The notes beneath the pieces are model-generated. The model did no database searches, was not told where the DNA came from, and was given only the letters and a program-made list of their open reading frames with translations. The translations under genes were made by a program, and so were the position numbers. 64,000 nucleotides of DNA from Syntrophales bacterium (GTDB lineage Bacteria; Desulfobacterota; Syntrophia; Syntrophales; UBA2210): NCBI GenBank assembly GCA_963666365.2, contig CAXXNF010000002.1, positions 896,001 through 960,000 on the forward strand. The letters run 5' to 3'. Shown here one piece after another: positions 29,632 through 42,900 of the stretch (within the stretch, counting starts at the first letter, position 1; the number at the start of each line of letters is the position of its first letter).

Positions 29632-30971
29632 CGGGGCACGTATCGGCTGATCAGCATGATTCTCAGGTCCATCACATTTGTCATGGTGGGTCCCGTAATC
29701 AACAGCTCCCCGGAGTTCTCGAAAAAGGTGTAGGAGTTATTATCTTCCAGATATTCGGCGGCCTGCTTGCCTTTCTCAAGGGCATGGTTCACGGTGTCCC
29801 CGTCAACAACGGCGCCGGCCGCATCGGTGGGGCCATCGGTTCCGTCGGTTCCGCCGCTCAGTATGACCACCCCGGGAATGTCGTCTATAGCAATAGCGGC
29901 GGCAAGCGCAAACTCGGTATTCCGCCCTCCTTTACCGTTGCCCCGTAGGGTGACCGTGGTCTCCCCCCCCGAAATAATGCAGGCTGGCGGTTTGAGGGGA
30001 TTTCCCGAGAGGGTGACTTCCTTTGCAATAGCCGCATGAACCTTTGCAACCTCTCGTGTTTCCCCCTCTATGCATGATGACAGGATAAGCGTTCGATATC
30101 CGAGGGAACGGGCCCTTTCTTCCGCCGCCTTCAGTGAAGTCCCGGCACTTCCGACTATGTGATTGACGGTCTTTTCAAAAAAACTGTCCCCTGATTTCGG
30201 CGTTTCCTCCTCTTCTCCCACCCCCCCCCTTTCGAGATATGCCCTTACCGCGGCGGGAACCTTATCACGCACCTTGTAGGCATCAAGTATTCTCAAACAG
30301 TCAGCAAAGGTGCTTCGATCAGCCACGGTGGGGCCGGAGGCAATCACGTCCAGATCGTCGCCGACGACATCCGAAAGAATCAGCGTGATCACCGACGCAG
30401 GATAGGCCAGCTTTGCAAGCCTCCCCCCCTTGATTCGGGATATGTGCTTACGTATCGCATTAATTTCATGAATCGTCGCCCCGCACTCCAGGAGGATTTG
30501 TGTGGTCTGCTGCTTTTCCGCCAGGGAAAGCCCTTCAGCGGGCAACGGCATCAGGGCCGAACCTCCTCCCGATATCAGGCACAGCACAAGATCCTGTGCG
30601 TTCGCCCCTTCAAGAAGAGCAACAATGTCGCCGCTTCCCTTCACCCCTTCCTCGTCAGGTACAGGATGTCCTGCTTCACGCAACGAAATGTACGCAAGGG
30701 GCCTTCCATGTCCATATTTTGTCGTCACGTGCCCGCCTTTTATTCTTTCACCCAAAATGTCTTCCAGGGCCTGAGCCATAGGAGATGCCGCTTTCCCCGC
30801 CCCTACCACCAGAATCCTTCTAAAATTCATGAGATCGTAGGTATGATCCCCCACAATAAGGCGGTTATCCTCTGTCACTCTCATACTGTGCCGCAGCGCT
30901 TCCTTCGGGTCCGCCGCCTGCAAACCGGCATCAAAAACGGCTCGGATGTCCTTACGCAGCTTATCCAGCAT
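29628..30971 (-). CDS. Glycerate kinase (class II, MOFRL family)
   Basis: GAGKA, LISGGGSAL, SDVVGD...IASGPT, GGETTV, GTDGTDGPT, TMTNVMD. Confidence 0.93.
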   Translation of the reverse strand: MLDKLRKDIRAVFDAGLQAADPKEALRHSMRVTEDNRLIVGDHTYDLMNFRRILVVGAGKAASPMAQALEDILGERIKGGHVTTKYGHGRPLAYISLREAGHPVPDEEGVKGSGDIVALLEGANAQDLVLCLISGGGSALMPLPAEGLSLAEKQQTTQILLECGATIHEINAIRKHISRIKGGRLAKLAYPASVITLILSDVVGDDLDVIASGPTVADRSTFADCLRILDAYKVRDKVPAAVRAYLERGGVGEEEETPKSGDSFFEKTVNHIVGSAGTSLKAAEERARSLGYRTLILSSCIEGETREVAKVHAAIAKEVTLSGNPLKPPACIISGGETTVTLRGNGKGGRNTEFALAAAIAIDDIPGVVILSGGTDGTDGPTDAAGAVVDGDTVNHALEKGKQAAEYLEDNNSYTFFENSGELLITGPTMTNVMDLRIMLISRYVPR

Positions 30972-31032
30972 GACGCATCACCCCCACTTTCCACATATTT
31001 AAACATTCTCTACTTTTCATACTTTTCATACC

Positions 31033-31404
<372 letters not shown>

Positions 31405-31493
31405 TTATTTCATCATTTTCTTTCTTCTGCCACATCGCCCTTTTGGGCCTCTCTTCACTTGACTCGGCCTTGTCGTTATGAGAGAAATGCATC

Positions 31494-32000
31494 ATGTACA
31501 TGCGCAGACGATCGAAAAAAAAACACTACAGGCTGACAAGGCTCAGCGAGTTTCTGCCCAAGGTTCTGAAAAAGGAAAACCTCTCTATCTCAACCCTGGA
31601 CCCGACAATTGCCGCGGCCTGGAAAACTGCCGTGGGACCGCTGATTTCAAATCAGACAGCTCCCGTCCGCTTCACGGACGGCACACTCCACGTTAAAGTG
31701 GCCACATCGGCCTGGATGCAGCAGTTGCAGTTCATGAAAAACGAGATCATTGAAAAAGTCAACGAAAGACTTGCTCAGAAAAAAATATCTTCACTGTACT
31801 TTTCAATAGGCCGCCTGACTGCTAAAGAACTGCACGGAAAAGAAGAAATGGAACTCCCGCAATTCGATCCGAATATCCTTCGTGAAAGAGACAAGCGCAT
31901 TGTCGCAGAAAGCATCAGGTCAATTCCGGACGAAGAGCTCAAATCCATTGTTGAACGTGTGATGATCAAGGGAATTATCAACCGCCGTTTTCGTTCGTAA
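31494..32000 (+). CDS. DUF721/DciA-family protein (replicative helicase loader-like)
   Basis: AWKTAVG..I...T.P....G.L.V...SAWMQQL.F.K..II. Confidence 0.85.
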   Translation: MYMRRRSKKKHYRLTRLSEFLPKVLKKENLSISTLDPTIAAAWKTAVGPLISNQTAPVRFTDGTLHVKVATSAWMQQLQFMKNEIIEKVNERLAQKKISSLYFSIGRLTAKELHGKEEMELPQFDPNILRERDKRIVAESIRSIPDEELKSIVERVMIKGIINRRFRS

Positions 32001-32088
32001 CCATGGCAGAATAATAGAACAGGATTGCCGAAATTGCAACGCAGTGTGCCACGGTGTTTTTTTACACATTTTTTCTTGATTTTTCTTC

Positions 32089-32117
32089 TTGAATAGCAGA
32101 TTAATACTAATTAACAT
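32089..32117 (+). promoter_or_regulatory. Putative sigma70 promoter for the TPR/beta-barrel gene
   Basis: TTGAAT-17 nt-TAACAT in an AT-rich intergenic region. Confidence 0.5.
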
Positions 32118-32205
32118 CAAGGTCATAAAAAATCTCAAATAATGGAATATTCATACAGTTTTTCTCGTTCGAGCTTATCGAACCTGTGATTGAAAGGAGT
32201 TGCCC

Positions 32206-33756
32206 GTGAAACGAGGAATATCGATAGCACTGACAGGCCTTTTCGTTTTCTCCACACTGATTTTTTTCCTCCCCCCCCTGTATTGTCAGGAACCCTCGGA
32301 GATCATCAAAAAGGGAATTGCAGAATATAAGCAGGAAAATTATGAAGAGTCCGTGGCAATCCTTGAAAGAGCACGAGCCGAAGAGCCGAATTCCTCGCTC
32401 GCCGCATTCTTTCTCGGCATGGCCTACAAACAGGTGATGGATTTCGAGAAGGCCCTCGTCCATTTCAACGACGCCGTGACGCTGACGCCGCGGATCAAGG
32501 AGGCGCTCCCCGAACTGATAAGCATTCTCTACAAACAGGACAACATAGAAGAGGCAAAAAAATGGATTGCCGTGGCGGAAAAAGACTCGATAATGCCGCC
32601 ACAGATCGCCTTTCTTAAGGGTCTTGTGCTGCAGAAAGAAAATAAATTCACCGACTCGGTCGTCGAATTCGAGAAGGCGACGGATCTCGATCCATCGCTG
32701 AAGCAGGCCGCGGAATTCCAGATTGCCCTCTCTTATGTCAAGGCAAGGAAACTCTCGTACGCGAAGGAGCGTTTTCAGGCTGCCGTTATCGCCAACCCTG
32801 ACAGCGACCTCGCCGCGTACGCGAGACGATACCAGGATCTCGTGGAAGAGCGCATATTTGTGGAGCGGCCCCTTCGTTTCACCCTCGGTCTCTTCGGGCA
32901 GTACGATTCCAACGTGGTGCTGAGTCCGGACGATTCCGTATTTTCGGCCGGAATCACCAATGAATACAGTACGGTTCTCATGCCTTCATTCCGCGTCGAT
33001 TATGTGCCCATTCTTGAGGGATCGAAGCTTTTCAGCGCCCAGTATTCATTTGTATCCAACTACCACGAACACAATTCCACAACCCATGATATGACGGCAA
33101 ACACCATCAGCCTCACCCCCGGCTACAGCTTCGGACGTTCGGCGCTCAATTTTAACCTGAGCTATAGCCATTTTCTGCTGCACGGATCCCGATATATGGA
33201 AAACCTGTCCTACGGGCCCCTCTACCGCTACCTGCTCAATGATACAAACATTTTTGAAGTGTTCGCGGGGTACGGCATAAAAAACTATTTCCAGGACATC
33301 ACTCCGCCCGATTTCGAAAACGACCGCGACTGCGAAGGAATCAATGCCTACCTGAGCTGGGTGTGGCTGTTCAGCCGCAACGCCTTCTTTAACTTAAAAT
33401 ATGAATTTATCGATGAAAACGCCGACGGGCTCCGTTACGAAAACAACGGCCACCGGTTGAGCGCAAACGCTATCATTCCCCTGTTGACCAATCTCAAGCT
33501 GCAGCTCAGCGCATCCTATTACCGGCAGCAGTACCGATACCGACTCAATTACCCCGAGTTCATTGCGGGCGCCCTTGTCAACGTACCCAAGGAACGGCGC
33601 GACAAGAACTTATCGAGCACCATCGGCCTTACCTGGGAATTAAACAGGAATATCAACGTGATTGTGCAGTATTCGAGAACACGGAACGACTCGAACGACG
33701 AAACTTCGGAATATACCCGTCATCTCTACACCGCGGGGGTTGAATTCAAGTTCTAG
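32206..33756 (+). CDS. Outer-membrane protein with N-terminal TPR repeats and C-terminal beta-barrel (Slam/DUF560-like)
   Basis: Signal peptide; helical TPR-like repeats to ~aa 215; barrel opening with QYDSNV; alternating aromatic beta strands; C-terminal beta-signal YTAGVEFKF. Confidence 0.8.
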   Translation: MKRGISIALTGLFVFSTLIFFLPPLYCQEPSEIIKKGIAEYKQENYEESVAILERARAEEPNSSLAAFFLGMAYKQVMDFEKALVHFNDAVTLTPRIKEALPELISILYKQDNIEEAKKWIAVAEKDSIMPPQIAFLKGLVLQKENKFTDSVVEFEKATDLDPSLKQAAEFQIALSYVKARKLSYAKERFQAAVIANPDSDLAAYARRYQDLVEERIFVERPLRFTLGLFGQYDSNVVLSPDDSVFSAGITNEYSTVLMPSFRVDYVPILEGSKLFSAQYSFVSNYHEHNSTTHDMTANTISLTPGYSFGRSALNFNLSYSHFLLHGSRYMENLSYGPLYRYLLNDTNIFEVFAGYGIKNYFQDITPPDFENDRDCEGINAYLSWVWLFSRNAFFNLKYEFIDENADGLRYENNGHRLSANAIIPLLTNLKLQLSASYYRQQYRYRLNYPEFIAGALVNVPKERRDKNLSSTIGLTWELNRNINVIVQYSRTRNDSNDETSEYTRHLYTAGVEFKF

Positions 33757-33772
33757 TGTGAATGATTTCACA
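33757..33772. promoter_or_regulatory. Palindromic operator TGTGAA-N4-TTCACA (Rex- or CRP/FNR-family-like)
   Basis: TGTGAATGATTTCACA immediately after the stop codon of the barrel gene. Confidence 0.55.
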
Positions 33773-33814
33773 TGGAACACACCAATTTAATCGATGATTA
33801 GCCGCCATTGCCGG

Positions 33815-33843
33815 TTGAAGGCGCCGGCGTATTTTGCTAAACT
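33815..33843 (+). promoter_or_regulatory. Putative internal promoter for the giant gene
   Basis: TTGAAG-17 nt-TAAACT with extended -10 TG. Confidence 0.55.
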
Positions 33844-33919
33844 GATATCATCATTTCATAAACGAACGACGCCGTGGAGGCGCCTGACAGATAACCGCCA
33901 ATCGTAAAGGACTCAAAGG

Positions 33920-36900
33920 GTGACCGCAATGAAGATGAAAAAATATATAGTATTTTTTATTCTGATAGGCCTGATTTTCCTGCTGCCGCTTTCTGTACTC
34001 GGTGCGAGCATAGGGAAGTTCACCTTTACCCAGGGAACGGTGGATCTCACACGGCCGGGAGAAGCGGCGCAGCCGGCCACGGTCGGCGACGAGATCGCCA
34101 TTGGCGACTTTATCCGCACCAAGAGTAATTCAAAGGCGGAAATTACCTTTGTAGACGGGAGCATCACCCGTCTGGCGCCCCGTTCGCGTCTTAAAATTAC
34201 GGAATACTTCATCAGCGATGAAGGGCGGAAAGGCACCCTTGACCTTGTCAGAGGAAAGGTACAGAGCGTCATACAAAAGACTGAAATAACCGGAACGGAC
34301 AGCCGCTTTGAAGTGCACACCCCTACCGCCGTCTGCGGCGTCAGGGGCACCATTTTCTTCACCTATTATCAGGACGGCGTATCCGGCGGCGCAACTCAGG
34401 ACGGCGTGGTCTATGTATACAGCAAGAACAGGCCGAGCGAAGTAAGGACTATGTCCTCAGGCGAGGCGATGATCGTTACGAGCCCTGACCAGCCTCCAGT
34501 GGTGCGACCGGCCACGGATCCTGAAATTCAGCAACATACAGACGATACCAGTCCCGGTGACGACGGAGAGGAAGGCGATGATGACAGTGGCGACGATGAC
34601 GGTGGAGGCGGCACGCAGTCTGGCGGAACCCAGGGTGATGAAGGTGGCGGCGGAGCCGGCGGCGGTGATGGTGGTGGAGGAGAGGGAGCCGACAGTGTTG
34701 ATGAGGAATTAATAACCACCACGTTACTGACCGGCACGGAAGATACCTCCGGCGACAGCGGCCAAGGCCCCGGCAGTTCACTGCCCGGGCCGGACACTAC
34801 CGGCCAAAATCTTGTGGACAATACCCCTGAACCGATAATTGAGCCCGAAACCCCCTCAAACGCCTTTTGCAGTACGGGTGAATACGGGTATGGAACGGTC
34901 ACCCTGGCGATCACTCCCCCTGAAGGAACGCAGCAATACGGCGCCATTGATATAAGCGGCATAGTCTATGATTCTGTCTGGATGGGTTCGATTGCCGCCG
35001 CCTCTGAAGAGGGCAGCAAATTGGGCGGCTACTTTGCGGGTGTAGCCGGTTCATGGCGCGGCTATCTGAGTACGCTCTACTGTGAGACGAACGACCGTAC
35101 CGAGGGAGGCCACATACTAGGCTATCTCTCTACCGATCCCTCGGGGAGCTTCGAAGCCGAAACCGGCGCTTTTGCGGGAAGCGGCACTGTCCTCATGATT
35201 CCCATGGCGGACACCACCTTTAATCCTACTGAATTTACTGCACTTCTCAATGACGAGATCTATCAAGCGGATCTCCCCTTCTCGCGCATCCCCTTCCATG
35301 CATTTACCCTGGGAGTGATCGATTTCGACGGTTCCTTCAGTGGGTCCGTGACTTCCGAAGGAGACTATAAAGGAATCGACGCCGGCGATATTCTCCTCGG
35401 CGTATGGGCCGCGAAAACTAAAGACGGATATTACTCGAATGTGAACCAGCATGATCTCGGAACAATTTATTTCGGTTATACTCCTGACCTGGATGAAGAT
35501 GAAGACTGCTACATGATAGGCGGCATCGACGGGAATCAATCTCTCGGCGACGATGGCGACGGCCATATTGACCTTTACGGCTACGCCACCTATATCGACC
35601 ATGAGCACCTCGGTGTGCTCGACTTTCGTCATCTCGGCGTCTACGAGGGCAACCCCGGCGCCTACAACAGCATTACCAGCGGCACGGCAACCCTTTACCC
35701 CCTCGCCTTTTCGGGGCACATCGGCGGAACAGTGAGACCGGTGGGCGCAGTCGAACAGCAACCTTCCAGCCTTTACAGAAACGAGGGGGGCATGGCCTTG
35801 ATCTATGCCCACGAGGAAGGCATCGTCGGCGGCCGTACAAGCCCCTGGGGCGCCGCCGACTCCACTCTCAAGGATGTGCAGCCGGGATTCTTCCGTGCAC
35901 TGGGACAATACTATGATACGGAAGAGGCGCCACTGGTCAGTGCAACCCCTTCGCACTTTCTCTGGAACACCGCTTCATACCTGTCATACCTGAACCGAAA
36001 CGAAGGCGGCACGCTTGACAGAGAAGAGCGTTCCCTGTCCTTTGTGACAGGGCTCTGGAAAGACGACGGAACCATCGTCGGGGAAAGCATCGGTTTTTAC
36101 GAAAGCGACGACGGGACCCTTGGCATTATCGGCGGTGATCTTACCGGCTATTATTACACGGATCTGGGCATGTGGATGATCGAAGGCACAGTAACTCCCG
36201 ATGATACGATTATCGGCACATTTACCGACAGCACGCACCTCTCAATGGACGAAATCACCGGCTCTCTCTACTCCGATTTCAGCGACGGCAGCTATGTTGA
36301 GGGTGCAGCTCTCGGCAGCGCATTCAGACTCACCGACAACGAGGGAACACCCGCCCTCTTCGGCGTATTCGATATTTTGTTCGGCGGGTATTCCGAGTTC
36401 TTTTCAACCGGCGGCGGCAACACCTTTTACTGCGCCTCGGAGAATTATGCGGACATGGCGGGTCGCGAGATACTGTTCGGCTCTTTTGCCTACAATCCCT
36501 ACACATATCCCGTATCATACCCCCTGAATGGCCTGGACATGGGCGGCGGCACTTATATGATGGGGTCACTGATCATCGACAGCTGGAACAACGACGGCAC
36601 CATTTACGGAACCCTCACGAACGGTGAGTATTTCTATCTTTCCCTTGACTCCTTCGGTAGCTTTGAGGGCTCTTTCTACGGCCTCTATGATGAGCTGGAA
36701 GCCGGTTACGGCACCTGGATCGGCGTAAGCGCAGGCGCCTTTGTTGGTGAACCTCTCGCATACAGTGGATTATGGGGAAATTACCTGTTCGATGGATTCG
36801 ATGCGGGCTGTCTTTTTACCGTCGATTCCATCGATGAGTATGGCGACCTCCTTACCATGGGCGAAGAGTACGGCCTCTTCGGCCTTGCACCCCGGGGCGA

Positions 36901-39900
36901 CGACTACCTGTTCGTTGCCATGGGTTCCTACGACGCATGGGATGAAGGCATCGGTCCCTATCTGTGGAACACGCCCATAATGAGCGCAAGCTTCGATCCC
37001 TATGAGTATACCTTTTTCGATAATGAAGGCATCGCCGGGTATACCACGGGCATATGGAACAACGGCGCCCTCGAGGGCTATGCCCTGGCCCTGCTTTCAC
37101 GGTACGACGGAGAAACGGGCCTTGTCGATCTCGGCGTCGTCGCGGGACCGCTCACCGGCACATACAATGCCGACATTGCCATGTGGATGGCGCAGGGTAC
37201 GGCAACCACCAACATCCGTGAGACCGGCGTCGATCCCTTGGTGTTTGAACTGTACGGTGACTGGGGGTATTTCGATGAATCCTGTCTGGCGGGAGATTTC
37301 GAAGGAAATGGCTCTATCGAGGGATACAGCGACTGGGGAAGTACATACTTTGCAGGATATTACGATGCGGAAGAGGATCTCGACCTTTCCTATCCCTGGG
37401 GCATCTACAGCGTTACCATGGCGGGAACGTTTGAAAACCCGAATTCCGGATCTTCATGGTCGGCTGTCATCGGCGGGTTCGGTGAATTCGGCTACGACGA
37501 CCGCTACTATAATTTCAACGATGAATACGGCTACCTCGAAGGCTACTGGATCGCCTCCGTCTCCGGCATATGGAATGAGGACGGTACGATACTGGGCTAT
37601 CTAGGCATTGAAGAGGAAGAGAACGGCATTACCTTTTTCAGTACGAGTGTAATAAGCATCCCCGAGCCGGGTGTAAGCGACGAAGGCTTCGGACTGTTTA
37701 TCACGCTCCAGGGAATCGGCTCTATCGGCGGTCCCTTCTACGGTCTTTATGACAACAACGATTATTGGATCGGCGCGAGCATAGGCACCTTTGAATTGGA
37801 GGCCGCCTTTGACATGAGCGGCTACTGGGAGCATTGGCTTCTTGCTGACGACGGGGGATCTCTTGTCGAGGTGGGCGAGGGATGGGGCATTATCGGCCTT
37901 GTCGAAAACGAAGGCATCTACGAATATTTCGGCATGGGGGAATTCTTCGCCGAAACGGGGTACGACTCCTATCTCTGGGATACTTTCACCTATGGGATCC
38001 CCGGAACGCTCTCCACCAGCGCAACTCCCTATCACATGTTCCTGGGATATGCCGGCGGCATATGGAACAACGGAACATGGAACGGATATGCATCATTTCT
38101 CTATTCCGAAGCCGATCAGGATACGGGGTTAGTCAATCTGGGATATCTTTCGGGATCGATAGACGGCGTCTACTATCCCGGCATTGAAATGTGGATAATG
38201 GGCGGCACGCTTACCCCGGAAATCAAAGTGAGCGGCCTTGATCTTTCCGAAGGCGGCTATTTCTGGGAATACGGCAGTTCTCTTACGGCGGCCCTGTCGG
38301 GAAGTTTCGGTGAATTGCAAGAAGGCGCACTCTCATCGGAGTTCAACGAGGAGGACATGCAGGGAAACACGTTCTTCTTTGTAGTAGAAACTGCCGATCA
38401 GCAAGGGCCACTTCCCTGGGGCATCTACTCGCTGAGTCTGGGGTATGACAGCGCCTATTCGCAACCCGAAGGCACAGATGCGTTCAGTGCTGTAATCGGC
38501 GGAGAAGGCGCCTTCAGCGCCTCCGATACGGGAAGCCCCGAATACGGCTACTGGATGGCTTCCGTCTCCGGCATATGGAACGAAGACGGCACAATCAGCG
38601 GCATGCTGGGCGAAACGGAGGAGCATGAAAACTCCTTCGGCTTCTATCTGAACGCCACGCACATGGGAACTCTCGGCGGACCTTTCTACGGTCTTTACAG
38701 TGAAACCGAGGCGGGCGTCGGTACCTGGGTTGCCGGAAGCGTTGGCGCCTTCGACGGGGCGCCGCTGGCGCTCGGCGGTGAAATAACCGGGAATGCTCTT
38801 TATTACGACGGTACCGCTCTTGTCACCGGAAACAGTGTCGAAGGTCTTCTCGGCGCCACGACGAACCCTCTGTTCGGTGAGGAACTTACGGAAGCAGTAA
38901 TCATGGGCGCACTGAATGTGAATGACCCCGCTGCTTCAGGCCTTTACGAGCAGGAGGTGACCGGCTGGTCCGCCGACGGAGACGCCTTTACCGGATTTAT
39001 GGCGAGCATCCGTACCAAAGAGCCGTTCTATGGGGGTGTCGGCTTTCTCCTCGCCTTATATATCGATTCAGAAGGCAATGCAGGAATTCTTGAAGGGGAG
39101 TTTGAAGAAGCCGGCCGTCTAAACAATAGTGTATGGCTCGACTACGGAATCCTCTCGGCCATTCCACAGGGCACGACGTCAATAACCCCGGATATGCTCT
39201 ACGATTCTCTCATAACAAGCACATTCGAGGGATGCGGGGGATACAGTCAGGAAGAGGGGAACGGCCTCTGGACCGAATCCGTTTCGGGAACACTGCTCGG
39301 ATTAATGGATCAGGATTGGGGAATTTTCAGGATATCTCTCGGCGGCAGCTATGAAGGCGTACTCCCCTACTCTGTCATGGCGTTCTGGGGCGCCTCCGCC
39401 ACGCTGGACGAATTGCCCGGGTATGTGTTCGGGATTTCAGAAACAATGCTGCAGGAAGAAGCCTTTCCGCTTGTAGCCTTCTCATATGGCTTTGCGCTGA
39501 ACGACTCTTATCTGTATATGCTTATGGGCGAACTGATCGGCACTTATCAGCCCGACGGCGCCGCCGGAGGGGAACTCGAAACAGGCACGTGGCAGGCTTC
39601 CGGCGTCGGACGGTATGAAAGGGCTGCATTGTCCGCAAGCGGCGCCTGGAACGCCGAACAGACACCCGACGTATTCTATAATTCAGAAGGCTATATGGAG
39701 TCGGCCGGCGTAATGACGGGAATTATCGGCATTGCTGATGAAGAAAGCGGGTTTTTCTCATCTCTCGTCGCCATGGGAAGTTATGAGGAATACGCCCCTG
39801 CGCAACTCTATCTGTGGAATTCACCCCTCGAAGTCGAGTGGAAAGACGGATCGGGCGGATTTTACGGTTACGGTATCGGCATCTCGGGCAGTTGGTATAA

Positions 39901-42900
39901 TGATTACAGTGCAACCGCAGGCATGACCGTTTCCCTCGGATACATGGTAACTCTCTTTGATCAATACGATGCCGACGGCATGACATTCGATCTGGGAATC
40001 ATGTCGGGGGAAATGGAAGGATTCTTCGTAAACGATTCGGGACTCTGGTTTATGATGGGAGAGTTTGACGATGCCCTGATAATGGATACGGTCCCCGATT
40101 CACTGTCGGTATCGCTCGAAAGCGGTACGCTCGACGGCGACTTTTACGGCGATTTTATAGGCTCCGGCTCCATTACGGGCAACGGTGCAATCGGAACCAC
40201 GGACTTCTTTGTAATCTCCGAAGGAGAATTGTCCTATTCGCTCCCCTGGGGTATTTATAGCTTCATCCTTGCTTCGGGAAACTACTATGAAAATCCGCTT
40301 TACGAAACCGACTTTTCCGCAATTGTCGGCGGAATGGGCGTTTTCGGCTATGAGTTCGACGGTACCGACGGATATGACGAAACCGGATACTGGATAGCCA
40401 CAGTAGAGGGCTATTGTGATGAAGACGGTTCAATTTTCGGCGATCTCGGTATGTTCGAAGATGATGGCACTACCTACAGCGCAGGCTATTATATAACCGA
40501 TACGCACATGGGAACAATTCAGGGGCTTCTCCTTGGTATCTACGAAGCATCCGAAGACGAAGGATCCGGCACCTGGATCGGCGAAAGCCTGGGAACCTTC
40601 ACGGGTGAAGAACTCGCCTATGGCGGCGCCTGGGGCGGTTATTATAATGGTGGTTACGATGCATTGAGTGCCGGCAGTCTCTTTTCCCTCGGTTCCGTGA
40701 TTACCGATGAATATGACGACACCTATATCGAAGGTCCGATGGGAGAAGAATTCGGCATGTTCGGTCTTGCCCCGAGAGGAAACGACTATGCCTTTCTCGC
40801 CATCGGCGAATATGAATATTATGACGAAAGCGGCAGCGGACCTTATATCTGGAACACGCCCATCGCAAGTCCCGGCTTTGACCCCTACGATTTCCTCTTC
40901 AACTATGACGGTATTGCAGGATATACCTCCGGCATTTGGAAAGATGGCTCGATGGGTGGTTATGCCGTTGCACTTTTATCGCGATATGACGACGAAACAG
41001 GCCTCGTCGATCTCGGCTTTGTCACGGGACCGCTTGCAGGCATCTACAGTCCCGAGATCGCCATGTGGATGGCGGAAGGAATGCTGATCACCGACATAAG
41101 GGAAGTCGGTATCGACCCGGAAGAGTATGAGTTATATGGTGACTGGGGCAACTTCGATGAAATAACCTTTACTGGAAGCTTTCAGGGCAGCGGGTATCTC
41201 GAGGGATACAGTGATGGAGGCCACACCTACTTCTTCGGTGCGATCGACCAGGCAACGGAAATCGACATTTCCTATCCCTGGGGACTCTACACCTTCACTA
41301 TTGCGGGCACGCATGATAATCCCGAACTGGGTTCCTCGTGGTCGGGGCGCGTGGGCGGGAACGGCGAGTTCGGATACGACAGTCGCTTCACCTCATCTTA
41401 TTACGAAGGGTGCTGGTTAGCCACTGTTTCAGGCACATGGAACGATGACGGCACGATCACCGGCGTTGTGGGCGATACGGCGGGTGAGGATGACGACAGG
41501 TTCGGCATTTTCATGAGCGTCAAAGGAATGGGGAAAATAGGCGGGCCCTTCTGCGGACTCTATGACGATACCCTCGGTACCTGGATCGGCACGAGCATCG
41601 GCACCTTTAAACAGGAAATCGCCTTCGACTGCGCCGCCTATGTGGGATTTTACGGAAGCGAGCTTTTCTATGACGACGGCGGGTATCTCGCCTCGGCGGG
41701 ATGGCTGGAAGGTTTGTCCGGTCTTAAATCGACGGATACGGGCTTTGACTTCCACGCCATGGGAATGTATGACGATTACGATGCCTATGGTATCTACGAG
41801 GGCCCCTATCTTTGGTATGCCGATGTTTCGCCGGGTGAATACTACTACAACTATTATGCTCTCAGCCCCATGGTCGCAGCGGGGGAAGAACACGTCAGCG
41901 GTTATGTGGGCCGCACCATCGGCATCGCGAAAGAGGGCGCCATGGGCGGATACCTTGCCGCGTTGTTCGGCCGGTTTGATTCCGAGGGCACATCGTACCA
42001 GGCAGGTCTCTTATCAGGATCTGTCGAAGGCACGCTCTTCGATGATATCGGCATGTGGCTGGCAGCAGGCACGATGGACTATACACTCCTTGTTGAAAGC
42101 GCTCCCTACTCCGAGAACCTGGACGTATACCCCGACTGGGGCGATCTGGACTACATCGCGCTTTCGGGAAGCTTTGATGGCAATGCGGGGATGATCAGCG
42201 GCGCCAACGGCTACGGCAGCACCAGCTTTATCAGCGTCTACAACATTGAAACCGACTATGAATCATCATACCCCTGGGGCATCTATGAGTTCATTATCGG
42301 TACCGGAAATGCCTATGAAAACCCGAACGCATCGACGGTCTTCTCTGCGACCATCGGCGGATACGGCGAGTTCGGATACAGCACCGATGCCGACGGTATG
42401 CACATCGGCTACTGGCTTGCCACGTTACAGGGCGACTGGAACAGTGACGGAACCATTATAGGCACCCTCGGCAAGGTGGCTGAGGATGACGGCACATTTG
42501 GCGTTTACCTTACCACCGGCCAGCGCGGCGTTATCGGTGGTCCCTTCTATGGGCTTTACACCGAGGCAGAAGAAGGCGGGTCCGGCACCTGGGTAGGCGA
42601 AAGTATAGGCACGTACCAAGGTTCAGCGCTGCACCATGTCATTCAGATTGAACCCACAGACGGATATAGAAACGCCACCTTGATCACCCAGGTCTGGGAT
42701 AGTCAGTACGAATATTTGTACTACGAGGAAGACGGCTCCCTAACGGCACTTTTCGGCGGAAGCGATATAATCAGGGATGCGACGGAAGCTTCACCCGCCG
42801 ACGTCCTGATGCTGGGCGAATACTATCCGGAAAGCACTCAACCGCACATGTGGTACTATGGCACCAGACCATGCGAACCTGCAAGTATCTTCACCACAGA

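Noticed and set aside
32271..32278. C8 tract in the 5' end of the barrel gene as a phase-variation switch
   Set aside because: Similar 8-9 nt G/C runs occur in housekeeping genes here (purM ~4326, glycerate kinase ~30222, aconitase ~61232), and the frame is intact.
33841..33860. Possible Fur box (TGATATCATCATTTCA) near the giant gene promoter
   Set aside because: Poor fit to the 7-1-7 Fur consensus.
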